64,000 nt of DNA from Raillietiella orientalis (taxonomy: Eukaryota). Made by a program: the position numbers and the translations under genes. Under the pieces are notes generated by a model that saw nothing but the letters and a program-made list of their open reading frames with translations, did no database searches and was not told the origin of the DNA. Where the stretch lies: assembly GCA_036172245.1 (NCBI GenBank), contig JAYWIR010000003.1, forward strand, positions 1,736,001-1,800,000, read 5' to 3'. Of the stretch, positions 34,331 to 47,300 are shown piece by piece; the stretch's first letter is position 1; every line of letters begins with the position of its first letter.

Positions 34331-37300
34331 AATTCAACGCATGCTACGTAACTTTCCTATCTTTCTTCAAGGAATCTTCTTTATTGCCAACAGATGAGCA
34401 TCTCGGAGCTGATTCTGGCCATCCTCTGTGGGAGTTTGTACCTTAGAAAAAATACACTTACGCGCAAATGTACATCCATAGTCCCAACGTGTAAACCTAC
34501 TTGGCATACGCTTATACTCTCTGAATGATGCATTGCGTTTTTAGAGCGGGAAGGGGGGGGGGGAGGGAAAGAGGAAGAACCTAATACTGTACACGTGCAT
34601 GTGTTCAGGTGTTCGCAACTTCCGGTGAAGAGTCGAAACGAATGCCTTCCTCTGGGGCGCCCGAAATGAGAACAAAGACAACGCGTTGTTGAAATCGTTT
34701 ATTCCGGACACGCCCGAGACCCCGGTGTTTAATTCTTGCTTAAAAAATATTGCTACGTACAAAATGTGAACACCTCGGGCTGGCGGTCAAGTGACGCACC
34801 TTGTTGCTGATGACGAGCATCCGATAAGCGGACACCTGTCTGTCTGGAGATGTGGATGCTAGTTTACGTTTCCTTCGCGTTGAAACGGAAAACACGAACA
34901 CACACACACTCACAAACATACAAACGAATGTTACACAGGAAGGCAAACATCGAGAACGGGATCATTTCGTCACGCAAGGCTGGATGCCAGGCTTCCCGTG
35001 AACAGGGCGCGACTTCCGCCGTTTGAATTTTAAACGGCGCTTTGCGCGGTGGTGGTTCCTTCCGTCTTTTGCGTGCTCCGCTGCCACCGCGTGCTGGTGC
35101 GGAGGAGGGTGCACCAGGGCGCCTTCCCCGCCTCCTGGGCGTCCTGGACGCGCGTGCGCTCCGCTTGACCGCGAGGCGCATTGGCGTTCACTCCCCTTTT
35201 TGCCCTTCCCCACCCCTTCTTCGGACTCGAGAGGCACGTCCGAGGAGGCCGCCTCTGCATTTTCGAGGTCGAATTCGCACGACTCTTTGCAGAGAGCTTC
35301 CCCACATGCCCGGAGGCTGCCGGTCCATCCTCGTGTCTTGAGGGCTTGCTGCACCCTTTCGCACCCTTTCGGATCTCCCGCGCGCGCGCGACAGCCACCG
35401 CCTGAGGCCGCAGGAGGGCAGTAAAAGCGCCTCCTCGAACCATCCTCGAGCTTGCACGGGAAGGACACTCTCATCGCGCCAGCCGTCAGCGAAGCGGATG
35501 CCGGCCGGCCAAGCGAACGTCTCTTTGCCGGGGACTTGGCGTGGGGAGTTGGTCTTACCTCACACACCCACTGTGCCCTTCACGAGCCACTGGAGGCACT
35601 CTACAGATAACGCTCTCGTGGATGAACACGTGCCTTGAGTGATGTCCGATCATGGGAGGCCTTCCAGCTCCTGAGAACAGCAAAGGAGGCGAGCAGCTAC
35701 GAGCGCAGTCTAAAGTCTCCTTGGCCTGGAGCGAGCAATGGGAATGGCTGCTCCCACTCCCCTCTTTCAGACTCTCCGTCCAGGGGTCTTTCCAAACTCT
35801 CCCTGCCCACACGAGCACCACAGCCTTCTCGGGGAGTTTCCTCTCCCTTTCATTCCTCTCCTTTTTGCCTAAAAGACGGAGTACTCGGCCACACCTCATT
35901 CTCCTCATCCCTCATTCCTTTGTTTCCGCTGCAAGCCACTTCTGCCAGAGGACCAGAGACTCCTTGCCAAAACGGGGAAGCCAGGTTTTTACATCCCAGA
36001 TACCTGGTTCGCTTTGGCATCTCTCGGGCACTCCTGGAAGGCATCCTGCCCTCGTTTGGAGAATTGATCGAAGATCTCTGTTTGAAGATCTACTCTGATT
36101 TCCTTCTTCCAGTTTTCCTTTTGCTGTCCAGCCTTTCCTTGTCGACGCCTTTGCGCAAGCTCCGAACCAGACGCGTTGCTGATTGGCTTCCCAGCGCTCT
36201 GTGTAGCATCTGCTTTCAAGAACGGCCACGACCCCTCCGGGATGCTTGGAAGGAGGAGAAGAGTCTCCTGGCTGCATCAGCTACTTGCTTTTGAGACTTT
36301 TCCGGCCCTCCCCACCCACAATTCAAGAACCAGAGCGAGGGAATCTCTTGGACAGTTTGCCATCACGACTCTCGAAGTTTCTGGTTTGCAACCTTCGGAG
36401 GACAACTCGAAAACTCCGTTTCCCACTCACGCACTCCATTCCTGTCCCCCATCTCCCATATCGAGGAATGCCATTTCGTTGTATCCACCTCTTATCTTCG
36501 TGTGTTCCCTCAGAAACCCCTCAGCGTTTCCCGCACCAGTGCTTCTGTGGCTCTCCCCAGGGCGCGCCGTATTCTTCACCTCAGGTCTCTCCTGCTAGAA
36601 GGGGGGAAAAAGCTGCTCATGTCCCCTCGCTGCCCATAAGACGGCTGTGTGCTGTAGCTGCCAGATCTCGCGGGAAAACACTCCTCTTCTCGCCTGCAGC
36701 CTCCCTAGACAGGCGCCGTGCAGATCGTCCCGCGTTCACGCTAACAGTGATCTGCGCATCCACAGAGAGCGGGCCTAGCCGAGCCAAAAAAAAAAAAAAA
36801 AGTCAACCCCAAACTGAATTAATTCCGACCTTTGCGCAGAATATTCCAGGCCTTATCTAAATCGATAGAAGTGCTCTTTCTTGTTCGCGAAGATAAGTTA
36901 TGATTTGGATGCGCGGCAAACTGTGAGGGAGTTATCAGCGGGTGTGCACGCTGATTAATAATACTCATGACGTCTCTTTACCCCCCCTCTCCCGAAGGTG
37001 TTTCAGTAGCTCGGGGTCATTATGTTCTTGATTTTCTGGAAAAATATGCAGTGCATGAGGTGGACTGCACAGCATCCTTTCAGCACTTGATATGCCTCTC
37101 ATGGATTGGCGATGATGTAATGGCCAAACTCACCTCGATGTCCTTAATTTCGTTTCGTTCCTTTTTTTTTTTTTTTTTTTTTTTGCTCGCTTTTCTTTTA
37201 ATTCCCTTCTTTTTCTTTTGTCTTCGTGTATTTGCTAGTTCACGGCTGATGGTCGATTTTAAGAGATGTTCAGCCTCGAATGAGCCGTTGTAAGGGTCCG

Positions 37301-38397
37301 AGTGCGGAGACGAGGTGGATTGAAAGATTGCAAGGATGCAAAACACAGATAGAAAAAGGAAGTCTTGAGGAACCTCGTCTGGAGGGCTGGTGGTTTATTA
37401 TAAGTCGCGGTTTCGTGTTGGCTGACGTGCCAGCTGCGTCTTCAAGGAGGCTGCCCACAACCGCCGACCATCAAAGCGTCCACACTTTCTCAATGTGCAT
37501 ATGCATGGGAGGGAAAGGGAGGGGGGGAACAAAAAACGCAGCTCCTTTCCACCTCCTCCTTCCACGTCTCTGCCGATCCTCCCTCTCTACATACATCATG
37601 TGCAGCTACAGCTGCACAAAGGCAGCGCTCGCTCTCTGTGTGACCGCTGACTTGGACGGCCACTGCTGCAACGTGCACCTCGCCGTCGAGGAGGGTGGCC
37701 TGGGAAAGGTATTGCTGCGAGGATGGTCCGACGAGGCACACCTTAAACACTGTTTTCCTCTCGCTCTTCCCCTCAGGATCACGAAGGAAGGGTAAGGCAC
37801 TAGCACGCGCTCCAGAGGCGGGACTCGTCCGCAGGACTTTCCGTTTGGTACACTCCAGGGGACTTTCCGACGTCCCCATTTTTCCTCCTTTGGCCAGCCC
37901 GCGAAGCACGCGACCCGAAGGGAATCGATTTGCCAGTGAGTTATTACGTGGCTCGGGGATGAGATGCGTGGTCGCTGCATGCCCAACGGCCCCGCGGTGG
38001 CCGCCAGGAGGAGGCAGCCCTAGCTGAGAACAGGTCGCGTGCCGAGTGACGCCAGGACGCACAGCAATTGCGCGAGCAGGAAGGAAGGGGAAATTGGTGT
38101 CCCCCCTCTTCGAGTTACTCAGAATGGTAAGAAGGCCTGTTGGGTGGTCTCGCGATCAATACGACGGCAAAATGCGGGTTGAAGATGCCTCCCTTTCCCG
38201 CGATTTTGGTTTCTCCTCGCCGGTTCCACCGTTCGCGAGACCCAGCCGTATGTCTGATCCAAAGAGGAGTTGGCCCGGAGACTGCTGCTCTCCTGGGGCG
38301 ATCTCTGAACACCTTTAAACTTTCCCTCTCCCTTCCCCCCTTCCCCACTCGTCCTAGACGAACAAGCTTCTGTATCTCCCTCTTCTGCTCCTTGCAG

Positions 38398-41300
38398 GAA
38401 ACTTCTGCGACCACAACCAGTGCCGCAACGGAGGAGAGTGCGTGTCCAACGGCAACGTCTCGGGATGCCTGTGCGCCAGAGCGTACTTCGGCGAGTTCTG
38501 CCAGTGCAGCAGCGTGATGGACTGCATCGACCAGAAGAAGTGCGGGGAGCAGAGCGAGTCCCTGTGCCAGAGGGTCAGTTGCCACCTGTTTCACTGCGTC
38601 TGCCCGGTGGGATCGTTCTTCAACGGGATCGAGTGCGAAGGTACGCCTTGCTCCTCTCAGGAAGAAGTGGGATGAGGGGGGGGGAGTGGAAGGCGGCAGG
38701 GCAGACCATTCCGTCCCGGGAGCAGACCATCCCTCCCTGAGTACCGGGCGTCTTCCTCCCATAGGAAGAAAGGCCGGTCGTTCTGCGGACAGTCCAGAGA
38801 CCATCACCACCACCACTCTCTTCATGCACCACGTGCAGCAGCTGCAGAGGGCGCGCTCTCTGCATATGGCGAGGCGCGCTACAGTTGAGGCTGGGTGCGC
38901 ATCCGCCAGCACGGGCTCTCGACTGCGGATTTTTCCAGACCGGAAGAATAGAAGAAAGAACCGGATACGGCTCTTCCTTCCTTTCTCTGCTACCCCCTCC
39001 CCCCCTGCTCTCTCTCTTTCTCTCCACCAGATTTGCTAGCGGTGAGTCTCCACCACCTCGGGCGGCGAATCCTCGGGCAATCGCACGCGCATTCATTACT
39101 ATCTCAGCTTACGAATCCCCGAAGGAAGGCACAGCGGCTGCCTTCCGAGGGTGTGACAGCGCGTGGACGAATGCCTGTGAGGGGGGTGGGGGGTGCCTCC
39201 ATGTGCACTCGAGAGCGCGCGCTTTTCGTTCCCGAGAGGAAGAGCCTCCGGAGCTCACCCCCTTCCTCCTCCACGGGCACGCAACCTTCGAGCGAGACCG
39301 GGGGACGCCTTCCGGCTCTCCTCCCCTCTTCCACCGCTTCTTTCCGGGAGAGGAGGCGTTCCTGATCCGGCGTGCCTGGCCCCATGCCAAGCTCTCCTCC
39401 GCCTTCTTCCCTTAGAGATCAAGCTCTGCAACCTCCTTAACCCCTGCGACCATGGAAACCAGATCTGCAAGAGTGATGGGAACACCTTTCAGTGCCTCTG
39501 CAAGCCCGGATGGATTCCTGACCCCAAACTCCCGGAGTCGTGCATCGGTAAGTGACGGGAGGGAAGCGGAGGGTGAGGTGGGGGAGTGAAAGAAGTCGCG
39601 AGGTTTCCCTCCTTGCGGCCGCGGGATGCGGCTCACCTCCTATATTCAGTTCCCTTCCATTCCTCGTCCGGGAGGGGAAGCGAACCCTCTCACCCCGTTG
39701 CCATGCAAGCCGAGCAGGCCGTGAGCTCCTCGCGTCCCCCAGGAAGGTGCTGCAGCGAGTTCTCTCCCCTACCCCCATCCTCCGAGCAGCAGCTCCTTGG
39801 CGACGGCGCGCGGAGACCTCCCCTATGAGAGACTGCAGGGAGAGGGGAAAGAAAGAGATGGGTGGTTGAGAGGAGGGAGAAGGGAACCTCCCGCCCTGCT
39901 GGCGCTGATTCTCCTCTACAGACGAGCCCAACTGCGATCCCGGGGTCACACCGAGGCCGACCACCAAGCAGGTTTCTTCCGCTCCCATCGAGGTCACCGA
40001 CACCGAGCACCCTGAAGGAACAACGACCCTGATGACCGATCTGGAGTCTCCAGAGACATCCGCGGAGACGGGTAACACCGACGAGGTGTCCTCTCCGGCA
40101 TGGACCACCGTCACGGGCCCTCCCGACTGGACCACTTTCGCTGCCGCCGGCGACGCCACCTCTGAGGGCGTTGTCGAAGCTCTCGCACCGCGCCGCGACA
40201 ACCGTGACCTGGAGGAACTCCCAGGTAAAAGAAGCCCCGGGGGAAGGGACGGGGGCGCACGAACCTCTTTCCTCTTCCGCATCCCGAGGGAGGTTTGCTC
40301 TCCCCCCTCCTCTTCCACCCCTCGCTTCCTCCCCCCTCCTCCCCCAATGCCTCGCGCGTGTCATCTGTCGTGCAGCCGACGGTGCAACCGAGCTGCTGTT
40401 CCTGACCATCCGGAAGGATGGTGGAGGCGGGCACGGCGACATGCGGACGTCATGGGACGTCACCGAGGAGTCGCCGCCGGCGTCGCGTCACCACTGCGAC
40501 CCGTCGACGAGCGTCTGCCTGGAGACGGATGGGGGCTTCGTCTGCGCATGCCTAGGCGACCGGTTCCCCACGGACATCGAGGACCCCAAGCAGTGCTCAG
40601 GTAGGAAGGGAAGGCGGGGAGGGGGTGACGCCTAGGGAAGGGTCAGGGCGGCACGCGTGCCCGCCGCCCCTTTGCAGCAATCGACCTGTGCGCCACCATG
40701 AAGGACGGCTGCCAACACCTGTGCTCGGAGAACCGCTGCGGGTGCCACGAGGGCTTCCTCGCCGCCAACGGGACCTCCGCCAAGCCCGGATCCTGCGGTA
40801 AGTTCGCGACCTCCCTTCTCCTCCCTTCCATCCCCTTGATCCTCACCTGGTTTGGGAGGCGAGCCGCTTTATCACTCCTTTGCAGTGCCGGAGTCCCCTT
40901 GCGACCTCGACTGCGGCAGCCACGGCCAGTGTGCCCGGGTCGGAGACGTCCCTTCGTGCGTGTGCGACCGCTTCTTCTCCGGGAAGCGCTGCGAAGAACG
41001 TGAGTGAGAGGAGGAGTCCAGCTTCCCTAACTTCCCTCCACTCACCCCCTACCCTGCCTTCTCCCCAGTGACGACGTCATGCGCCGACATGGTGTGCCCC
41101 AACAACAGCGTCTGCCTGCAGATGAAGAACAGTGGCCACATAACCTGCCAGTGCCGCCGGGGCTACACTCCCGTCCTGTACCCCGACGGTCGGCCCATCC
41201 TCACAAGCAGCGGGTTCCCTCCGTGCGTAGGTGAGTGTCCACTCTCGAAGGAGAGAGGGGAGGGAAGAACCTAAGAAGCGTCTTCTGCCCCCCAGTCCTC

Positions 41301-44300
41301 AGCAGTCGGCCGGCGGGAATAGCGCTCCGCCGCCGGCTGCGCCCCCAAAGCTGGTCTTCCCAGAGACGGCCTCGTCTTTGAGGAAAAGGGAAGGAGCGGG
41401 TAGTCGCCCCCTCCCCTTCCTTCCACCCCTAGCGTCGCTTTTTTTTGACCTTGGCGTCTCTTGAGCGGGTCACGGCGAGGGAGGCTGGGGAGGTGGTTTC
41501 TTCCGGTCCAGGGCGGTCGGGTCGCGCCACAGGGAGGCGATGCCCCGAGTTTCCGGAACCCGTCTCCTTCCCGATTCTCTACCCCTGGGCCCCTCGAGCT
41601 GTCCCGTGCTCCCGCGATGGCGCAGGGAGATGAGTGGAAAAGGCGCAGAGGGGACGAGAAAACGGCTGGGGCAGAGAGCCTACTCTCGTGCGGTCGGAGT
41701 GGGATCGCCATCGCCCCAAACAGCAAAGCGGAGAGGACCGCCGGTCGGCAGCTCTCCGGAGCGTCCGGAAAGAGACCATGGCGAACCTCGCAGGTGAACG
41801 TCTGCGTCGGGAAGAGCATGGCTTGAGGCCGATGCAGCTGCGGGAGCTCCGGCGGTTGCCGGGATACCCTGCGGCAAACAGTCCTCAGCAGTTCCGAGAC
41901 AGCGAGTATGGCCATACGGCCGAATAGGAGAAAGGGTAGACCTAAGTGCGTTGCCCCCCTCTACAAATCGCTGCCGGGTCGGTTCCCACCTACCACAACT
42001 GCACTTCTTCCGGACGCTGCTGCTCCTGGAGCTCAGGAGGAGGAGAGACTTCTCTGGTCCAGGAGCGCGGGCGTCATCCATGCTGCCAACTACTCCCCTC
42101 CCGTCCTTTAGCCCCCTCCCCACGTCTGGCGGCTCGCCGGCCAGGACACGCGCGATGCTCGGATGCGGACGCGCGTCCTCCGGCTCCTGGGTTGTGGGAC
42201 TTTCTGGGAGACAAAAGGAGAGGGCGTTCGTGGACTTCGTGGACCAATGCCCAATGGCGACTTCGCCATCGGACCCTGAAAAAAAAAAAAAAAAAATCTC
42301 CGGCCTCCTGACTTCGAGCAGCCTCAGTTCCTTGAGTTCAACCTCCCTTTGCCCCCCTTCCTCAGAATGCGAAACTACTCGAAGAAGAAAACGTCAGACC
42401 CGAAACTGGGGGGTGTCCATTTCCCAGTTCCCCTTTTGGTGCTGCCCACACGTTTCTCTCTGCGCGTGCATGCTGGGGAGTTCCACCGAGAACCGACGGG
42501 CAGCTTGGTCGTCTGCAGAGTCGTTGGCAGCAGAAAGCTCAGCTAAGACGTCAGTTCGCTGACGCATAGCGGAGATGGACCGCGACCAGGAGAAAAAACC
42601 TTGAAGGACCTTCGAAAAGCTTGATCGTATTCCTGGAGGGATCTGCTGGAAGTAAAAGTCACGACGTTTTTAGTTCTTCGATTCCAGCTTAGATGGCAGA
42701 GCATTGACGAAAGGAATGAGCAGCTGCCAACTCTCGGGGATTCAACTGCAGGCACGCAAGTGTTTTCCGGAACTATCTCAGGAAAATGAAGCAGAGATGC
42801 TGGTAGCACTCCGGGCTGGTAGAGAATGGCAGGAACTGAGTACGATTTCGCCAAAGGACGTCCGGTTTTCCTTCGTGGTCAGAAGCTTTCTGGTTTGAGG
42901 CCATCACGGGGATCCAGTGAGACTCCACCTGAGGGAAATAATTGGAGAGAGATCAAAGAAAGGGAGAAGATGCGAGCTGCAAGAGCAGGAGAGGAGGACT
43001 CGAGGAATTTTCGGGAGCGGACGGGCGAAGCGCATGAGGTTCGCCGCCGACAGGGCTGCACTTGTCACAAACAGCAGCTGCCCATGATCTTCGGACGCTC
43101 GTACCCCCTGTTGGAGAACCAAAGCATCTCAGGTTGCATCGGACGTCGCCGGTGACTGCTCGTTCCGCGGACATTCCAGAGCACACGCCTCGACAACACG
43201 CAGGGTGGTCCGGGAGTACGTGCCACACCGGCACACGTCAAAGCCGAAGCCTGCCTTGAACAACGTCCTGCTCGGACGGCTCTCTCTGAGCAGGGCGTCC
43301 TCGCTTTCGTTCATCCTTGCGGGAACGAAGAAGAAGAGGAAGGGGGGAAAGATCACGTGATGCCGACGCTGCCTCTTTCACTGCTCATGTTGCCAGAGCC
43401 ACGGGCCCGCCCGGCACGTCGCTCCTCCGCACCGCCTCCGTGCGCGCGTGGCCCAAACGCTCGCTGCTTTCACCATCTCACAGGCGAGCGCCACTCACCA
43501 TGCGCGACGGGAGAATTCTCGGACGGGAGACGAGCTTCCGACCTCGCCTCCCGTAAGCTCTTTGAAGTAGAGCGACCTCTTGTGCTTGATACCCCCGAAT
43601 CTTTCCCGCTTGACCACTTCCTCCTAGGAAGCATTCCATCAGCGACCGAGCGAAGGCGAGCTGGAAGCTCTTGTCAGTCGATCCCGCTCGCCTTTTGCTA
43701 GCGGTTTGATACGTTTCCGTTAATTCACTGATAAGATGCATCCCACAAGTGGATGCATCCTTTCCCAGCATCCTCAACCGTTGAGGATATATCAGCAGAC
43801 TTTTCGCTCTCCGTTCTCAAAGCTGCTTGCTATTTTTAGACATCGACGAGTGCAAGAACCAGTCGGCCTGTGAGCCACATGAAATGTGCATCAACCTAGA
43901 GGGGTCCTTCCAGTGCAACTGTCCCTGCGGATTCAAAAGAAACGCTTCAGGATTCTGCGTAGGCAAGTACCTTCCGGCAGCCTCTCCATTCCTGCAGTCC
44001 CCGTTTCGTTCTCCTCTTCCCCGTCGTTTAGCTGTGCCCTGAGGGGTTTCAGAGTGAGCGTCCGATGCGGGTCTCTCTGCCGATCGGAATGCACGGCGAC
44101 CGGTTGTTCCCACTGTCGAAGTTCCCTTGGTGACCTGTGGAGGTGCGTGCTCCTTTCCGGGATGGGTAAAGAGAGGCAACTCCCTCGATCCTTCTTTTCC
44201 CTTTCCTCGTTCTCGTTTTGCCTGTGGCGCTCTTTTCTTTCCCAGGGCTGGGAAGGGCGTTTCCGTGTCGGATGCGCGCCATCGGCGGGAAAGACGGTAG

Positions 44301-47300
44301 GTAGCTCCTTGCTGCGGGAAACGCAATCGATGCTTCCCATGCGGGATCGCCGCGACGCGTCTCCGGCGTCCCTGCTTTCTCTCTTCGAGATCCTTCCTTG
44401 AGGAAATGCAAAGAAAAAAAAAAATCCCAAGGTGATTTGCCTCTTGGCTGCCGTCGGTCAGATGGTGCGGCTTGCAAGGTTTCTCTCTCCCTGGTAGTCT
44501 TCGGGGAGAGGACTTGCTGGATCTACAAGGTCTAGTCGCTCTCCAAGGTCATCCTTCTTTTGCTTTGAGACTCCTCCCGAAGGCCGGCATCGAATTCGGA
44601 TCCATTCCTACCCTGATTTACTGAGTTGTGCAATCGGGGCGTTCGCCTCATCGCTCCAAAGTCCTTGATGAGAGTCACCCAACAGCAGCGCGTGTTACGG
44701 CGAACATCTTAATGACATGGGTTGAGTTGAGATCATTGGATCCCGAACAACGATTATGGGAAGAAAGCGGGAAGCACATTAGGCAGAATTCGTTTCTACT
44801 TGCTCTCAGCAGGCGGGCTACCCATGGATGTTTGTTAACGAGAAGCACAGCACCACCGTTTGCCGACACTCCGAAGAGCTGTAAATCAGAGACTCCAGAA
44901 ACTGCGCCTCCGCCTGACCCCACCCCGTTAGCTTTTGTTTTTGTTTTGGCTGCTGTCCAACTGCCATTTGTAGCTCACCGTGAGACCTCTCAAGAAACTC
45001 CATTCGTCGATGGAAAGGAGAAATCATCAGAATCTCAGTTGTTCGCGCCAAAAAATAGATTGTTTTTTTTTTTTTTTTTGCCGTCTTTGTTCTTCTCTTT
45101 GGGCTTGTTTTCCTATCGGAAGGTGTTTGCATTCTGTGATTCAGCCACAATTCACGTGCTCGACAGGGAAAAAACTGCACGTGCACATCGCGTGGGTGAC
45201 TAACGGTACGTTGCTCTCGGAACTACCTTGCGCTAGCATCGAAATGGGAGTCTTCTGCGGTACATCACTCCTGCTGCTTGAAAAGAAGATGGGAATATGT
45301 ATGGGAATTCTGTGTATGGGAATTCGAGCGCATAAAAGAAAACAGAAAGCAGAAAAGCAAAACGCAGCCCTCGTAAAGCTTCCAGCCTTCGCTTTTCCGC
45401 TTCCGATTTTCAAACGCGCCAACAACCGCGATGTCGGCTGACAGTGGATGGCGCGTTCGGTCGCCGCCATTTGCGGTCGAAATCGTCCAACCATGCGATG
45501 CGAACGGTGGAAGGATGCTCGGCGCTGGCGTTTCCTTGGTCTTCACGAGCAGGTTTCTCTCGTCTCTCCAGCTTGACACCCCTGGGAGAGAGGCGGAAAA
45601 ATTTACATGCTCAGTAGCTTTTTCTTCTCCCCTCCCCTCTCCCTCGCCCTCCTTCCTCATTCGCGACGAAACGGCGTTCCTCCTCTTCGAGTCTTCTTGA
45701 GCAGAAGAAGCGCCAATAGGTGGTATCAAGAGCCGGGAGGTGGTCTCCGGCAAAGCGAATCGGCATCCTTCACACGAGATCTTTCCTCCCTGAACCTCTG
45801 CAGCACGAGCTCATTGTTTCTGCCTTTTCTCGAGGTCTTTGGATGCGTCTCGCTTCGCTGCGGACTTTCGGGAGAATGAACGGTTCCCGCACACCGAAAC
45901 TCCCCTGAGAAGAGTCAGTTTCGGAGACCCCTGTCTCCTCAGAGACCCGACTCCAAAGACCGATCCCCCCTTCCTTCTCCTCCCCTTTCTTGCCCCTGCG
46001 GCTCTTGCGAATCAAGGAGAGGCGGCCACGAGATCCCAAGGGAGCGTGGAAGACTTCAGCAGAGTGCAGTGTGAGTTGGTCGGATCTGGTGCTCCTGGTA
46101 CCGGGGGTGGCGCGGCGATGCGAAGTCGCCGCCGTCCTCCAGCGAGCTTTTGGGTGACGTGCAGCTGCAGCAGAGGTCGGCTGAAGGAACTGGTCGGAGG
46201 CGAAGAGATGCAAGCAGGAACAACCGCTCGCCGTGCTCGACGGAGGCGTTCCAAAAAGGTGCAGTCCTGGAACGGAAGCTCTGCCCGGAAGAAAATCGAG
46301 CCGCTCGCAGCAGCCCTAGGAAAGTCCAGCATGTCTCGCTAGGTTCGCGGCAGGTAGAAGCTCGGAACCTCTCCTCCTGAGGATTCCAGTGACCATTTCG
46401 GGACGACCGCCGGAGGCAGCGAAACAGCGTACGTTTCCTCCGGTGATCGAGCCACCCGAGCTCCTGCCAAGGTGAAAATTCTCGTCACTCGGTGACCTGA
46501 TGACGTGAGAGACTTCCTAGCTCTCCTCCCTCCTTCCTGGCTTTGAAGCTTCAAAGCCAGGAGTCGCTCGTGCCACCATCAGCGGCGATTCCCAGTTCCA
46601 ATTCTTCGCTTGTTTTCCCTCTGGATCGAGGGGAAAATCGCTTCCTGAAGGCATCCAGTCTCCCTCGGCAGCAGTGAGCCTTCCGCAGGTCCGAATCGTC
46701 TCTTTCCTTGCGGACCTGCGTGTCCCCTCACGAAGATGGGAAGGAAGAAAAGGGAGGAACTCGACTGTCCTTGAGTTGGCGACGCCGCCTCCGTTCTGAG
46801 CGCACGGCTCCCTTCTTCCTGCCATCCTCTTTTCCTCTTCCTCCTCCTCCTTCTCCCTTCATTCCTCCCCCCTCCTCCCTTTAACGTCTTCTCCACTTTT
46901 ACAGCTTCTCAATGCATTTCAACCTTTTTTCCTCCTCCCTTCCTTCTCTTCCTTCTTTCCCCGCACGCACGCCTTCCGACGTCCTAGAGGTGCCCGTGTG
47001 CTTCCGGTATGCCTTCGCTGTCTCCCAGCGTGCCGAGTCGGCGTTCCCCCCTCTCTAACACGCGAGTGTCGTTGCAGAGTTCGACGTGTGCCTGGAGGTA
47101 GAGGAGCGGTGCATCCAGAAGAACGCCTACTGCCGGACCAAGTGCAACCTCACGTCCACGAGCTACGAGTGCTACTGCCGGCTGGGTTCCACCCTGATCA
47201 ATGGGCGCTGCATCCGGGGTGGGTGAGCTTCAAGAGGGAGAAGAGGGGGAGGGGACGGGAAGGAGATTCCCACAGACAGACGAGCACCGTCCTCCCTCTC

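Noticed and set aside
36967..38150. Candidate first/signal-peptide exons for the EGF gene
   Set aside because: No convincing hydrophobic signal peptide with a phase-1 donor was found.
41800..41950. ETASMAIRPNRRKGRPK, like a Tc1/paired HTH linker, in an intron
   Set aside because: Single short motif with no DDE domain or TIRs seen.
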